This document shows, in pieces, positions 13,368-24,221 of a stretch of DNA of 64,000 nt (positions are counted from its first letter, which is position 1; each line of letters begins with the position of its first letter). Below the pieces are notes generated by a model. The model made no database searches. It saw nothing but the letters and a program-made list of their open reading frames with translations, and was not told the origin of the DNA. The stretch lies in IMG/VR virus record IMGVR_UViG_3300025018_000091; one strand, written 5' to 3'. This stretch comes from a virus (Duplodnaviria > Caudoviricetes). The translations under genes were made by a program, and so were the position numbers.

Positions 13368-14381
13368 TTAGACACCGACTACTACAGACTTACGTCCAGC
13401 AGCAACACCACGTGGGTTTACGATTGCGATTCCGATGATTTCGGAAACAACCCAACCTAGCTTCAATTGCTTTGGTTCATCAGCTGGCAAGACTTCAATG
13501 TCTTGACGGATAGGCATAACACCTACGAATTCAGGATCAGCAGCGCCATAAATTGTTCCAGGTGGAACGATCTTGGAAACCATAATATCAGTTCCCCAAA
13601 TGTGTGCATATAGACCGGTTTGTAGAACTTCTCTCATTGTGACGGGATCGAAATCTCCGCCGCCTGTGCCCTGTCCACCGCCTGCTCCCCACTTAAGGAT
13701 ATCGGTGAATTCATTAATGTTCATGAAATACTTGGTAGTCACAAGGTCCCAGCGGTCGATCTGTTGCTTGATTTCAACAAGGTCTCTCTTCAAAAGACCA
13801 GCGTCAGCGATGTCAGTCAATGTATTTTCGACAGAGGCTGCTGCATCTAATGCTGCGAATACGTTTGCGTCTTCTTGTGCCATCATTTCCTGGCGAGCCT
13901 TTTGGACTGCACGGTCAATGACGTTGAATCTACGACGCTTTACTTCAGCAATACGTACTGTTGGGTTTGCGTAGATTTCGAATTCAGGAACTACAACACG
14001 GTCACCGAATACACGGGATTCTGGACCAGTACCGTTGCTGGAAATAACAACAGCGGCTACATCGATATCTCTATCGTAAGTAGGCGTTGCACCTTGTGGC
14101 AAAGGATCTACAACCAATGCTCTACGGGCAATTCCATGGTAGTCTAAGTTTCTGCGGATTGGGTTTGCCATAGCCTGAGCTAAAGCAATCTTTCCGTCTT
14201 GAGTCATAATAGCGCGGGAAATCAATTCATCGCGTCTTTCGTCACTTAATGCAGTTTGTCCAGCCATACCCATATTTGATGGTTGATTCTCTTCGAGAAT
14301 AGCAGCATATTTAACAAGTGTTTGAAGGGCATCTTTGAGTGAGCTTGCATTCATTTGCCCACCATTATTAAACATATTCAT
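13368..14381 (-). CDS. Major capsid protein (HK97 fold)
   Basis: 337 aa, GGAG RBS, followed by a strong terminator. Capsid-like pattern LAQAMANPIRRNLDY...RRALVVDPLPQG...QEDANVF...IWGTDIMVSKIVPPG...GWVVSEIIGIAIVNPRGV. Lies downstream of the protease and decoration genes. Confidence 0.85.
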   Translation of the reverse strand: MNMFNNGGQMNASSLKDALQTLVKYAAILEENQPSNMGMAGQTALSDERRDELISRAIMTQDGKIALAQAMANPIRRNLDYHGIARRALVVDPLPQGATPTYDRDIDVAAVVISSNGTGPESRVFGDRVVVPEFEIYANPTVRIAEVKRRRFNVIDRAVQKARQEMMAQEDANVFAALDAAASVENTLTDIADAGLLKRDLVEIKQQIDRWDLVTTKYFMNINEFTDILKWGAGGGQGTGGGDFDPVTMREVLQTGLYAHIWGTDIMVSKIVPPGTIYGAADPEFVGVMPIRQDIEVLPADEPKQLKLGWVVSEIIGIAIVNPRGVAAGRKSVVVGV

Positions 14382-14449
14382 ATGTTATCTCCACAATTAA
14401 AGGAATTGTTTGCCAATTTCTTAGCAATACACATTATGTGTATGATAAA

Positions 14450-14463
14450 ATATGATAATATTA
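14450..14463 (-). promoter_or_regulatory. TAAT-N4-6-CATAT motif (late promoter candidate) upstream of the capsid gene
   Basis: TAATATTATCATAT on the minus strand; similar copies upstream of other structural genes. Confidence 0.45.
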
Positions 14464-14544
14464 GCTTTTTTAGAAAAAAAAAATACTGCACTTACTATAC
14501 ATATTATGATATAGTATAATCTGCATCTTAATTTGGAAATAATT

Positions 14545-15684
14545 ATGAATTTAATTGGTAAAAAATTTAATAAATTAACAGTAATATCTAAGGCTGATAG
14601 TATTTTAGGCGGACAAAAAATAAAAAGATATTGGGGTGCATGGAATTGTCAATGTGATTGTGGAAATGTAATTATTGTAAAAACTATTGATTTAAATAGA
14701 GGTAGTGTTAAGTCTTGTGGATGTTTGTATAAATTACACGGCAAATCATATAAACCAGGACAAAAATTTAATAGGTTAACATTAATATCATATAAAAAAG
14801 GTAAATGGTTATGTTTGTGTGATTGTGGTAATCATATTGAAGTATTAACTGAAAATATAAAAAGAAATACCAAATCTTGTGGATGTTTAAAATCAGAAAT
14901 ATCATCAAATAATTCTATAAAATTAATATCTGGAAGGCGTAAATTTGAACCAAAAATTGCATCTGCTAGAAGAATTTGGAAAAATTATTGTTATAAAGAT
15001 AAATTATGTAATATTACATTTGAACAATTTCTAGTAATATCTAAAGAAAATTGTATTTACTGTGGCACTTCTCCAAATACTCAATATAATTATTTCAATA
15101 CTTTATCAAGCAATAGTTCACAAAAATCAAAAAATGAAGGATTATTTATTTATAACGGATTAGATCGTATTGATAATACAAAACCACATACACTAAATAA
15201 TAGTGTTCCATGCTGCCAAATATGTAATAGAGCCAAAAATAATAGGTCTGTCATTGATTTTTTATCATGGGTTAACTTATTAAAAATTAATTCATTTGAA
15301 CAACTAAAAATAATTCCAATTCAGCTACCCAAAATATCTCTATCTATAAAATGTATTTATAACTCTGGATATAATGATGGAGATTTAAAAATAGAAGAAT
15401 TCTATTTTTTATCTCAACAACAATGTTATTACTGTGGTTCCTATCCACAAAATATCTTTAATAAAGCAAAAAATGATAAAAAATCATCTCAATATGCAAA
15501 AGATAATGGTAATTTTATTTATAATGGGCTAGATCGTATTGATAATACAAAGCCACATAATAAAAATAATGTTGTACCTTGCTGTAAATACTGTAATTTT
15601 ACAAAAAGCAAACTCATATTAATAGAATTTCAAATTTGGATTAATAAAATTCAGCAATATCAAAAAGAAAAGCACGGCTATTAA
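14545..15684 (+). mobile_element. Free-standing HNH homing endonuclease with duplicated nuclease domain
   Basis: Repeated LTVI...WxCxCDCG modules; two CxYCG...NGLDRIDNTKPH..NN.VPCCxxCN HNH motifs; antisense insertion between structural genes. Confidence 0.85.
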
Positions 15685-15696
15685 GCCGTGCTTTTT
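15668..15696. terminator. Bidirectional terminator between the convergent HNH and decoration genes
   Basis: aaaagcacggct-atta-agccgtgctttt hairpin overlapping the HNH stop codon. Confidence 0.85.
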
Positions 15697-15726
15697 AGAT
15701 TATTCAATCAAAGATTATTCAATCAA
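15697..15726. repeat. 15-bp perfect tandem direct repeat
   Basis: agattattcaatcaa twice, between the terminator and the decoration gene stop. Confidence 0.85.
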
Positions 15727-16392
15727 TTAGAACTGTGGATTGAAGTGGAATACTGCCCATGCATAAGTTCTAGTACCAAGAGCCGAAGCTAAGTAATTTG
15801 GAGTATTTACCAAAGAACCATTGGTTTCGAAGCTTACAAAGTGACCGACTACGATTGTGTTACCACCAGCAGCAGTACTTCCAACTGGAGTTAACTTTCC
15901 ACCTACGGTTGCGGATGCTGGTACCCAAGTTAATGAAGTTCCAGTATCAAGAGCTGCATTTCCAGGGACTAAGCCGTCTGCTGCTTGGTCACAAGCTGCA
16001 TCTAAGGTTACTGCATAAAGTCCTGGCTTATCCCAAAGAGTGACTTTGCCAGATCCAGTAGCGGTGTGAGGACCTAAGACTGCGCCACCAGTTGCTACTT
16101 GACCAACTGTTCCACCGACTACAGATCCAAATAGAGTTCCATATCCAGTGATACCATCATCAGCTAACATCAATGGACGAGCAGAGGTTGCTACGTTACG
16201 AGTAACAACAACTCTCTTTAAAGAATTAACATATCCATCAAATACATCATAAGCAGCTTTATCAGTTGCAGAAGTTGCGACAACAGATGCAAAAGTAACG
16301 ACTTCGCCGCCCATAAGGGTTAATACTTCTGTATCAAGTCCATCGAACTGACCTAATGGTTGAACACCCGGTTGTAAAAGTTTTAGAGCCAT
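15727..16392 (-). CDS. Head decoration/cement protein (putative)
   Basis: 221 aa, Gly/Ala/Thr-rich and beta-prone; upstream of the major capsid gene; paralog of 24222..24911. Confidence 0.6.
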   Translation of the reverse strand: MALKLLQPGVQPLGQFDGLDTEVLTLMGGEVVTFASVVATSATDKAAYDVFDGYVNSLKRVVVTRNVATSARPLMLADDGITGYGTLFGSVVGGTVGQVATGGAVLGPHTATGSGKVTLWDKPGLYAVTLDAACDQAADGLVPGNAALDTGTSLTWVPASATVGGKLTPVGSTAAGGNTIVVGHFVSFETNGSLVNTPNYLASALGTRTYAWAVFHFNPQF

Positions 16393-16599
16393 TTTGTTTT
16401 CCTATAATCTCTAATGCTGTTAAAAACAGCATCGTTACTTACACCTTAAACTTACTAAATATAACATATATTTTTTTATGCCCATATAACAAACGATTAT
16501 TTAATTAATGTACTGGATTAAAGTGAAAAACCATATATTCATAAGTTTTTATGCTTGATAATGAAGATAACGTATATTTTTATGCCTATGGATATACTG

Positions 16600-17889
16600 T
16601 TATAGTGCGAATTTTAGTCCACTAAGCTCTTCTTCTAATTTACTAGCCATTTCTTCTGTAGATTTTCGTACAGATTCTGGTGTTTTTTCTGGCATTGGAC
16701 CTGCGCCTTCAGGAACTGTAGAAGGTTCATTTATAATAGTATTATTCTCTGTAGCAGCCTTATCAATTTGTCTTTTTGCATTTGCTTCAATACTTTTAGC
16801 ACGATATAATATAATAAGTATATATTGAAGTGATGCTTTATATGGAGGAAATGCTCTTACTATATCTTCAAAATCATTAGCAATTAATCCTTTACCACCC
16901 TCTAATATTTGTGTCTTATCAACAAATTTGTTCAAATACCCCTTATCTTCTATTTGTTCTGCTTGATAAGTTTGTGAACTTAAATTTTCTGTAGCTTGAT
17001 TTATTAATGTAGCATTTTCATCAACTACCGTTTTAAATAGCTCATAAGACCTTATTACAATTGAACTTTCAGGCGATTTAGCTAATTGCAATAATTCACT
17101 AGCCGTTCTAGTTCTTTGTAATGTATTGATAACTGGTACAATTTTTTCATAAGTATCATAAATGTCCATTACATGTTTTCTAAGCTTTCGCATTTCTTCC
17201 AAAAAATTACTACTATAAGTTGTACCAGTAAATAATCCAGCCGAATCATTTAAAATATCATCAATTTCAGCAATTAATTTCTTATTGTTTCCTCTAAAAC
17301 CTTCATTAATAAATGGAAGTTTCTGCTGTATATAAAGTGCTCCTAAAGTTGCAGCAATAGTTCCAGCTACTAACAAAAAGGGAAACGCAGCAGTAGAAAT
17401 CAACTCAGCTTTTTTTTTTAAGCTGGCTGTTTGTTCTAAACAAACATCAGCAAGAATACGTAATTCTTCTTTGTTTTGATTATCTAAATCATTACCTAAT
17501 CTAACTAACGACAATAATAATTGCTGCTCAGCATATTTTCTTTGTGTTACATGACCATCAGGCATCTTCTGAACAATATTCATTAAAATATCTTGTCTTT
17601 CATTTAAATTCTCAACAAGACCATTTAATTTATCATATGATGGTGAAACGACTACTGCATTTGGATGAGCATCTTCAATAATATTTCTCTTATACTCCAT
17701 ATCTTTAGGAGTATCTGGTTTAATACCATATAGTGCTTCAATTGCAGAAATATCTAAAGAATCAATCCTTGGATCATCCTCTAACTTCCTTCTGATTTCA
17801 TCGGGATCAGCCTTTGAAATTAAGCCCCTCTCTTGGGCAATTTTAGCAAATTCTTCAAAAATGTCGCTATGTCTCATTATTTGGCTCAC
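16600..17889 (-). CDS. Hypothetical head-associated protein (paralogous N-terminus to 22053..23318)
   Basis: Shares FAKIAQERGL / LVKLAKEKGL and the DAHP...KMPxG module with 22053..23318. Confidence 0.55.
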   Translation of the reverse strand: MSQIMRHSDIFEEFAKIAQERGLISKADPDEIRRKLEDDPRIDSLDISAIEALYGIKPDTPKDMEYKRNIIEDAHPNAVVVSPSYDKLNGLVENLNERQDILMNIVQKMPDGHVTQRKYAEQQLLLSLVRLGNDLDNQNKEELRILADVCLEQTASLKKKAELISTAAFPFLLVAGTIAATLGALYIQQKLPFINEGFRGNNKKLIAEIDDILNDSAGLFTGTTYSSNFLEEMRKLRKHVMDIYDTYEKIVPVINTLQRTRTASELLQLAKSPESSIVIRSYELFKTVVDENATLINQATENLSSQTYQAEQIEDKGYLNKFVDKTQILEGGKGLIANDFEDIVRAFPPYKASLQYILIILYRAKSIEANAKRQIDKAATENNTIINEPSTVPEGAGPMPEKTPESVRKSTEEMASKLEEELSGLKFAL

Positions 17890-17929
17890 AGTGGGGGTAA
17901 TTTATTTATATGCTTTCATATGCCGTTGA

Positions 17930-19027
17930 TTATGGTACTTTTTTTGCAAGATCATCAATGAACATATCTACAATTTGTTTTTTGCTGACGAAGTTGTTGG
18001 GTAAATAGACAGTATTTGAACCTTCAGCAGTCTTATTAATATCAGTAATTGTAAACACAATTTCTTGAAATGTAGGTAAATTTTTCATTAATGATTCTAA
18101 TCCATCTAAACCGCTATAAACTTGTTTAGCAAATTTAACTAACATATCACTAATACCATTAATATTATTTGTGGCAGCTTCTGTCCAAATAGAATCTCCA
18201 GTATGTCTAATATCTTGATAACCAGAATTTAATTTAAATTTTGTTTGTGTAGAAACATATGCTGAAACTGGTGCTGTTGGAGTTTTACTTGAAAAGAATC
18301 CGCCACCACTATCACCTTTACCTTTACCTGGATTAACGAATTCATTAATTGTTTCTCCAGCTATAATAAAACCAACAGATGATAATGCAATCTTAAATAT
18401 TATTCCTAAAAACTTAATAAGAACAGAAAGTACTTTTCCTTGTAATAATTTAAATGTTAAACCACCTAACCAAGCTCTTTTATCTAATGTTCCTTCTTGA
18501 AATTCAATTATAGCTAACTTAACAATTCTAGCATCTCTCATCTGTTTTCTAACATCATAAGAAGCGCTCTTATTTTTCTCTAACTTATCAAGGACTGCTT
18601 TTTCATCTGCATCAGTTACTGGTGTATAATTTGCACTAACAGCATTACTAACTGCAGAATCAACTTGTTGTGAAGTGGTCTGTTTTCCGCCAGTAATTAT
18701 TCCTTTAATAGTCTCATAAATAGACATTAACATTCCACCAACATTAACTTTAAATACTTGTTGTGCTAAAGCTAATAATGCACCAATCCAGGGTGCTCCC
18801 AATGCAGAAAATAATATGCTTATTGCGCCAGGAGCAATTAAATTAAGTATACTTGCTTCTTTATTATTAGGATCTATTTTTGATACGAAATAATCTTTAA
18901 TTTTCCCCATTAAAGATATAATTGTATCACCAACTCCCGCCTCTTTAATAATTGAGGGATTGTCTAATAATGACTCAACAACCATCATATCAACATAAAG
19001 TTTTATTTCGCTATTATCTATAGTCAT
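17930..19027 (-). CDS. Hypothetical virion protein with hydrophobic/amphipathic helices
   Basis: Segments LIAPGAISILFSALGAPWIGALLALA and VLSVLIKFLGIIFKIALSSVGFIIAG; many hydrophobic-x-K-x-A sites. Confidence 0.55.
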   Translation of the reverse strand: MTIDNSEIKLYVDMMVVESLLDNPSIIKEAGVGDTIISLMGKIKDYFVSKIDPNNKEASILNLIAPGAISILFSALGAPWIGALLALAQQVFKVNVGGMLMSIYETIKGIITGGKQTTSQQVDSAVSNAVSANYTPVTDADEKAVLDKLEKNKSASYDVRKQMRDARIVKLAIIEFQEGTLDKRAWLGGLTFKLLQGKVLSVLIKFLGIIFKIALSSVGFIIAGETINEFVNPGKGKGDSGGGFFSSKTPTAPVSAYVSTQTKFKLNSGYQDIRHTGDSIWTEAATNNINGISDMLVKFAKQVYSGLDGLESLMKNLPTFQEIVFTITDINKTAEGSNTVYLPNNFVSKKQIVDMFIDDLAKKVP

Positions 19028-19036
19028 TATAACCTT

Positions 19037-20653
19037 TTATCTTCTACTACTAAGTTTTTGCTCGGTAGCAAACTGCCAACGTCCTACAGATGCAGCATTA
19101 TCTCTGGTAAATTGTTGTAATTGCTGATTAACTAATGTCTTAAACTTTGGATTCGTATCAATTATATATCCATAAGTACCATATAAAGCGCCTATAACAT
19201 TTGATGTTGTAGAAACTAATTGTCTTAAGTTATCACAGAAAACCATCATTCCACTCCAACCATTTTTCAACATTTGTGAAGTTAGTTGTGCATTCTGAGT
19301 TAAATTAATATATGGATAAGTATTATTCATTATTTGGTGTTGAAGAATATCTATAATCTTAAGAGCATCGGCAGCTGCACGTATACCCATACTTCCGCCA
19401 CCACCAGCAACACTTGTATCAAAATTAGCATACATCTTTATAAACTGTTGTATCTTAGTAAAGTTTATTGCATTTGGTTCAAGTGGTAATGAAGTTAATA
19501 AACTAGTCAATGCATTTCTTTGTGCAACACTCATTCCTCCTGCACCACCAGCCCCAGCACCAGCACCAGTATCTCCAGTAGCTCCAGTAGCTCCAGTTGC
19601 TCCGGTTGCTCCAGTTCCAGTTACGCCAGTTAATGAACAATTAGCTTGCGTTCTAGAATCTCTTAATTGAGGACCAAATTCTTTAATTGCTTGCAAATAA
19701 CGAACTGCCATTTTTTCATATTCAGGTTGCCTTTCTACATGGGCAGAAGCAACACTACTTAACATCATGGCTCTATTATACAAAATACGAACTGCTAAAC
19801 AAGGATCCCCCTCATTTGGATCCATAACATCATAAGCTTTTGTTTCATTTGGCTTTTTTATTTGCATTCCATATAGCCATCTTATAAGTGCTCCAAGATT
19901 TTCTAAATTACCCATAGTAAGTTTAACTGGAGTATCTCTAAAATCTGGCACAGAAGATAATCCTCTGGTATCTCTACCATTAGCATCAGGAATTAATACA
20001 CTATCTGGGAATGCATCTACTACCAAATTAGGATCTATATCCGGTGTTTTGCCTTCAGGAGCCACCTTAACTTCTTGCTTTTCACCTTGTGGTAAGCTTC
20101 TATTTAATTCACCTATAAGATTTTTTACTACAATTTCAAAAGGCTTAGAGTCTTTAGAATTTGGAACTGCAACATCTCTAAGATAACTTAAATAACCAAT
20201 AAGTGCATCTTTATCTGCATAAGCCAACTTCTTTAATGGTTGTCCTTTAGCATCTCTTTTATTTAAATCAGCATCTAAACTTTCAAACGTCCAAGCATCT
20301 TGAGGTCTATTAGTGTCAGTGCTTAACCAAGCAATTCTTTTACCATTCCATTTTACTTGACTTCTTGCTGCCCACTCTAAAAAGTGACCTAGAGTACGAC
20401 CATCAGCCATTGTAAAATTCGCTGGAGCACCAGATTCAGTGCTTATAGGAACTACCTTGGGTGGTGCTTTAGGATCTTTTAGATTCCTTTGCATATTTGT
20501 TCCAAGAGCTTTTGCCAACTCAAATACTCTTACTTGATGATCATAAGCTGGATTAGAAGCCACTGGAGTATCAGGTGCGGCAAATTTTTGGTTAAAATCA
20601 ACGCCAGCATTGATTAACGAATTAATTAGTTCTGTGTTATCAAAAATAGACAT
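19037..20653 (-). CDS. Hypothetical virion protein with a short G-A-T collagen-like linker
   Basis: 538 aa; [23 protein letters not shown] stretch; within the structural operon. Confidence 0.55.
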   Translation of the reverse strand: MSIFDNTELINSLINAGVDFNQKFAAPDTPVASNPAYDHQVRVFELAKALGTNMQRNLKDPKAPPKVVPISTESGAPANFTMADGRTLGHFLEWAARSQVKWNGKRIAWLSTDTNRPQDAWTFESLDADLNKRDAKGQPLKKLAYADKDALIGYLSYLRDVAVPNSKDSKPFEIVVKNLIGELNRSLPQGEKQEVKVAPEGKTPDIDPNLVVDAFPDSVLIPDANGRDTRGLSSVPDFRDTPVKLTMGNLENLGALIRWLYGMQIKKPNETKAYDVMDPNEGDPCLAVRILYNRAMMLSSVASAHVERQPEYEKMAVRYLQAIKEFGPQLRDSRTQANCSLTGVTGTGATGATGATGATGDTGAGAGAGGAGGMSVAQRNALTSLLTSLPLEPNAINFTKIQQFIKMYANFDTSVAGGGGSMGIRAAADALKIIDILQHQIMNNTYPYINLTQNAQLTSQMLKNGWSGMMVFCDNLRQLVSTTSNVIGALYGTYGYIIDTNPKFKTLVNQQLQQFTRDNAASVGRWQFATEQKLSSRR

Positions 20654-20664
20654 ATTGATCCTAC

Positions 20665-22041
20665 TTATTTGCCTGTTGGTTGTCTACGAAGTATTTTTCT
20701 ACGGAACCAAGACCTATCATCTGGTTTCTGAGCCCATTCCCAGCCATCGCCAGCTGGTGGTAATTGTCCTGGTGGAACTGGAGCTAATGGTCCGCCAGAT
20801 CTAAATGGATCGTTTGGTCCTTGAACAAGTTTTTGTCCACCACTCAAATTACCAGAACTCAATCTTTCATTAATTTGTTGCATTACATGTCTAAGAAAGC
20901 GTACTTGCATATCATGACTTATTGCATTTCTTTGGTAACCGCCCCAACGACTCATCATATCAAGTAATACATATTGTTTTGTTAGTGCTGTTAATGGAAA
21001 CTGATCTATTACTTTAGGGGTTCCACTTGCATCTAAAATAGTAAGACGAGGAATATATAATTCATCGATATCCTTCATCAGATCTTCATATCCAGATGTA
21101 TCACCTAAATCTTTTTCTGCTTCAGGTTTTCCTGGTGATTCATACAAAGGACTAGAGCTATCAGTAAATCTTCTGTATGCTGGGTTTTTTGTAACATTAT
21201 TAGCAAAATATAGATAGAATTTTGTTAACTTAATTATTAGATTAGTTAATCCTGCTGCTTTTGCAACTTTATTTTTAGGAGGTAATTTTGTTAACTCATA
21301 ATTAGTTGGTATAAGAATTTTCATTTTAGCAGCATCTGATTTAGTAAAAAGATTTCTTACAGAATCAGGAGCTTCAAAATCTTCAGATACTCTAATTATT
21401 GCATCTCCGAATGCATATAGATTTCTTAATGCATTTTGTGTTCTAGGTCCCCAAACACCATCAACGAATCTTTCATTACCCTTACCACCAATTCTAGCGA
21501 TATTATCAACAACATTTTCCATTTTAATTAGTTGATCATCATATACTGGATTCTTTTGTTCTGGAGTATTTGCTTCTTCAGATGTACTCCACTCATTTCC
21601 ATGTAATGGAGAACTATTTAGATAATTAAGCGTAACAAAATCATTGAAATTTGCAAAACCTTGTGAGGGTTGGTCTCCAGCACTAGGATTTTGTAATGAA
21701 ATGGGCGTTTGTCTGGCTGTCTGTGAATCTCGTTTAAAATGATAATTTATTGCAGTGCTTGCAAAATTTTGAATTGCTTTTTGCATTTCACTAACAGCTA
21801 TTTTAACGTTTCCTACATCTGATGATACTGATTTTGTTCCTGGTTTCACATCTGGTTTTGTTCCTGGTTTTGCCTCTTCTGGTTTCGGTAATCTTCCCGG
21901 TGTAGATGTTCCTGCTGGTGCTGGTGCTGGTGCTGGTGCTGCTGATGCTCCTGCAGATGTTTCTGCAGGTGTTTCTGGTTTTGGCAATCTTTTTGCTGTT
22001 TTTTGTATTTCTGATACTAACTGTTTAAATCTATTGGACAT
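20665..22041 (-). CDS. Virion protein with a peptidoglycan-binding-like motif
   Basis: VDGVWGPRTQNAL matches the PG_binding_1 signature (DG.WGP.T..AL); Pro/Ala-rich N-terminus. Confidence 0.55.
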   Translation of the reverse strand: MSNRFKQLVSEIQKTAKRLPKPETPAETSAGASAAPAPAPAPAGTSTPGRLPKPEEAKPGTKPDVKPGTKSVSSDVGNVKIAVSEMQKAIQNFASTAINYHFKRDSQTARQTPISLQNPSAGDQPSQGFANFNDFVTLNYLNSSPLHGNEWSTSEEANTPEQKNPVYDDQLIKMENVVDNIARIGGKGNERFVDGVWGPRTQNALRNLYAFGDAIIRVSEDFEAPDSVRNLFTKSDAAKMKILIPTNYELTKLPPKNKVAKAAGLTNLIIKLTKFYLYFANNVTKNPAYRRFTDSSSPLYESPGKPEAEKDLGDTSGYEDLMKDIDELYIPRLTILDASGTPKVIDQFPLTALTKQYVLLDMMSRWGGYQRNAISHDMQVRFLRHVMQQINERLSSGNLSGGQKLVQGPNDPFRSGGPLAPVPPGQLPPAGDGWEWAQKPDDRSWFRRKILRRQPTGK

Positions 22042-22052
22042 AATCAGCCACC

Positions 22053-23318
22053 TTATTTTGCATAACCGGGACTAGTTAATGTTGCATAATCATCATTATT
22101 TTCGGCAATTACTGTATTAACTTTTGCTCTAAAACTTGTTAAATTTTGTGCAGCTAATTTATCTTTAAGTTCTGTTGAAAATAATGCTGATATTTGATTT
22201 GGATGCATTATTCTTAATTCAGCACCTTGTGATTTATTAAGTTTAGCAATCACTCTATGTATATCTGAATTTTCTAAACCAATATTTTCAATCCATGTTG
22301 AAACAGCAATACGATATTTATCATTTATATTATTTAGATCTATTTGACTTACTTTTTGAGATAAGTCTTCATAGTGTAATCTTAATGGGGTTAAAGCCTC
22401 TATAATATCTCCGAATGGAATTTGTTGTTCTTGAAATATTGCTGATTGTTGTCTACCAACTCTAAATGCTTGATTTGCTGCCCAAATAAGAGAAATTCCT
22501 CTATCTATTTGAGCTATTGCATTAAAAGCCGTTCTTTTATCTTGTTCTGCAACATTAAATGAATTAAAATTAAGTTTTACAAAAGCGTCTCTTTTAATTC
22601 TAACCTGATGAATATAGTTAAAAACTATATTCATTTTATATTGGTCTATCTTAACATCAGAATCTGCTTCTTTCTTAAAATTTGCAATATCTTTGTTTAT
22701 TTGTTTAAGATCATCAATATAGTTAGATGCAATTCCTGATGGCAAAAAATTTGGTAAAACAGTTATTAAACTATTTGCTCCAGCAGATATATTTTCATAC
22801 CCTTTACTAAGATAGTCTTTTCCAAGTAATTGTTTTCTAGAATCATCAATATCTATTGGTAATTCTTCGCCTAAAGAAGTCTTAACGGCATTAATTATAC
22901 TTTTAGCATTAGATAACTTACCAGTAGGCATTTTCTCAACTACTCTCATCATTGCTAAATGTTCATCTATAATTGTTTCAATAACTGCATCACCAGCAAC
23001 ACCCTCTAAAAATGGGCTTCCTTTTGGATGAGCATCTTGAATTAATTTATTATCACATTCAGAAGCAGCAGCTTGTTTATATTGAATGAAGGTTAATTCT
23101 AATTCTTCAGCATATTTTTCCATACCAGAGGCTCGTAGACCGCTACATAATTTCATAAGATTTTCTGACAAATTTTCTGTTGGTCTCAAATCTAATTTTG
23201 GTTTTCTTGAAGCTATCTTTTTTAATGGATCCTCTTTCACTAATCCCTTTTCTTTAGCTAATTTTACTAAAGAACGCATTGTCTCAGAATCTTCAAAATT
23301 TATATGCTTAAAAGTCAT
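22053..23318 (-). CDS. Hypothetical head-associated protein
   Basis: 421 aa; LIQDAHPKG module shared with 16600..17889 and the protease-scaffold. Confidence 0.55.
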   Translation of the reverse strand: MTFKHINFEDSETMRSLVKLAKEKGLVKEDPLKKIASRKPKLDLRPTENLSENLMKLCSGLRASGMEKYAEELELTFIQYKQAAASECDNKLIQDAHPKGSPFLEGVAGDAVIETIIDEHLAMMRVVEKMPTGKLSNAKSIINAVKTSLGEELPIDIDDSRKQLLGKDYLSKGYENISAGANSLITVLPNFLPSGIASNYIDDLKQINKDIANFKKEADSDVKIDQYKMNIVFNYIHQVRIKRDAFVKLNFNSFNVAEQDKRTAFNAIAQIDRGISLIWAANQAFRVGRQQSAIFQEQQIPFGDIIEALTPLRLHYEDLSQKVSQIDLNNINDKYRIAVSTWIENIGLENSDIHRVIAKLNKSQGAELRIMHPNQISALFSTELKDKLAAQNLTSFRAKVNTVIAENNDDYATLTSPGYAK

Positions 23319-23398
23319 GTTGCCTCGAATGGATCAATTTATTCTATAATATGCAGAATTATAGCATGCTCATACTAAATAAAAAGATATGCAGTAAT

Positions 23399-24181
23399 TT
23401 ACTGTTTTATTGTATCAAGACGTCCATATCTTAACATACGCAGACCGTGCTTGTTACAATACCTTATACCATCAATAATCTTATATTTCGCCTTGCCACA
23501 AATATTACAACCAGGAACACTGCACTTTATATCTGTATAATCAATTCGCCTTTTCCAAGCATCAATAGCACTTATAGATTTATTTTTCTTTGTATTCTCA
23601 GAATCTTTGTGCCCTATATGAACTTCAGACATATGCTTTCTTACTTCCTGTGTATAAATAGATTCATTATCTTTAGATTTCTGAATCATACTCATATTGG
23701 CTTTCTGTTCTGCAGTACGTTTAGTTCCTAATGCAGGATGTCCTTGTGTAGCAATTTGTTTTATTGTTGCTTCTCTTTGTTGCTGTTTGATTTTTTCTTT
23801 TTCTTCAATAGATAATGACGCATGCCAATCTCTCATCATTTTCTTAAACTTATCAGATTTAGGGGCATTCATTCCACCATAGGTAACATTATAGCCAGTA
23901 TTAAACTGTATATATGTATTATACTGTTTTACTAATTCCGTTTCAAGATAGTTTGCATCATCTTGCGATTTACAAGAAGCTATTATTTCAAATTTGAAAT
24001 TATCAATTCCATATTTTAAGAAAGCAAAATGAATAGCTTGACTTGGCTTATTTTTATAAAAAGCTCTACGATGATCGGAAAATCTTTTAGCGATATTAGT
24101 TGTTTGACCAATATATTTTTTGTCATTAACTGCATTTGTGATTATGTAAAGTGACCATATTTTCTGTATATGTTGCGCCAT
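23399..24181 (-). mobile_element. GIY-YIG homing endonuclease
   Basis: SLYIITN...KKYIGQT...KRFSDH...FEII...E...YN...GYNVTYGG, NUMOD3-like repeats, C-terminal CxxxxC...CxxH; own GGAGG RBS. Confidence 0.9.
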
Positions 24182-24221
24182 ATTGCACCTCCAATACAGT
24201 ATATATCACTTGTTCCGGAAG

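Noticed and set aside
13573-14147. Plus-strand ORFs opposite the capsid gene
   Set aside because: Shadow ORFs produced by the strong codon bias of a highly expressed gene.
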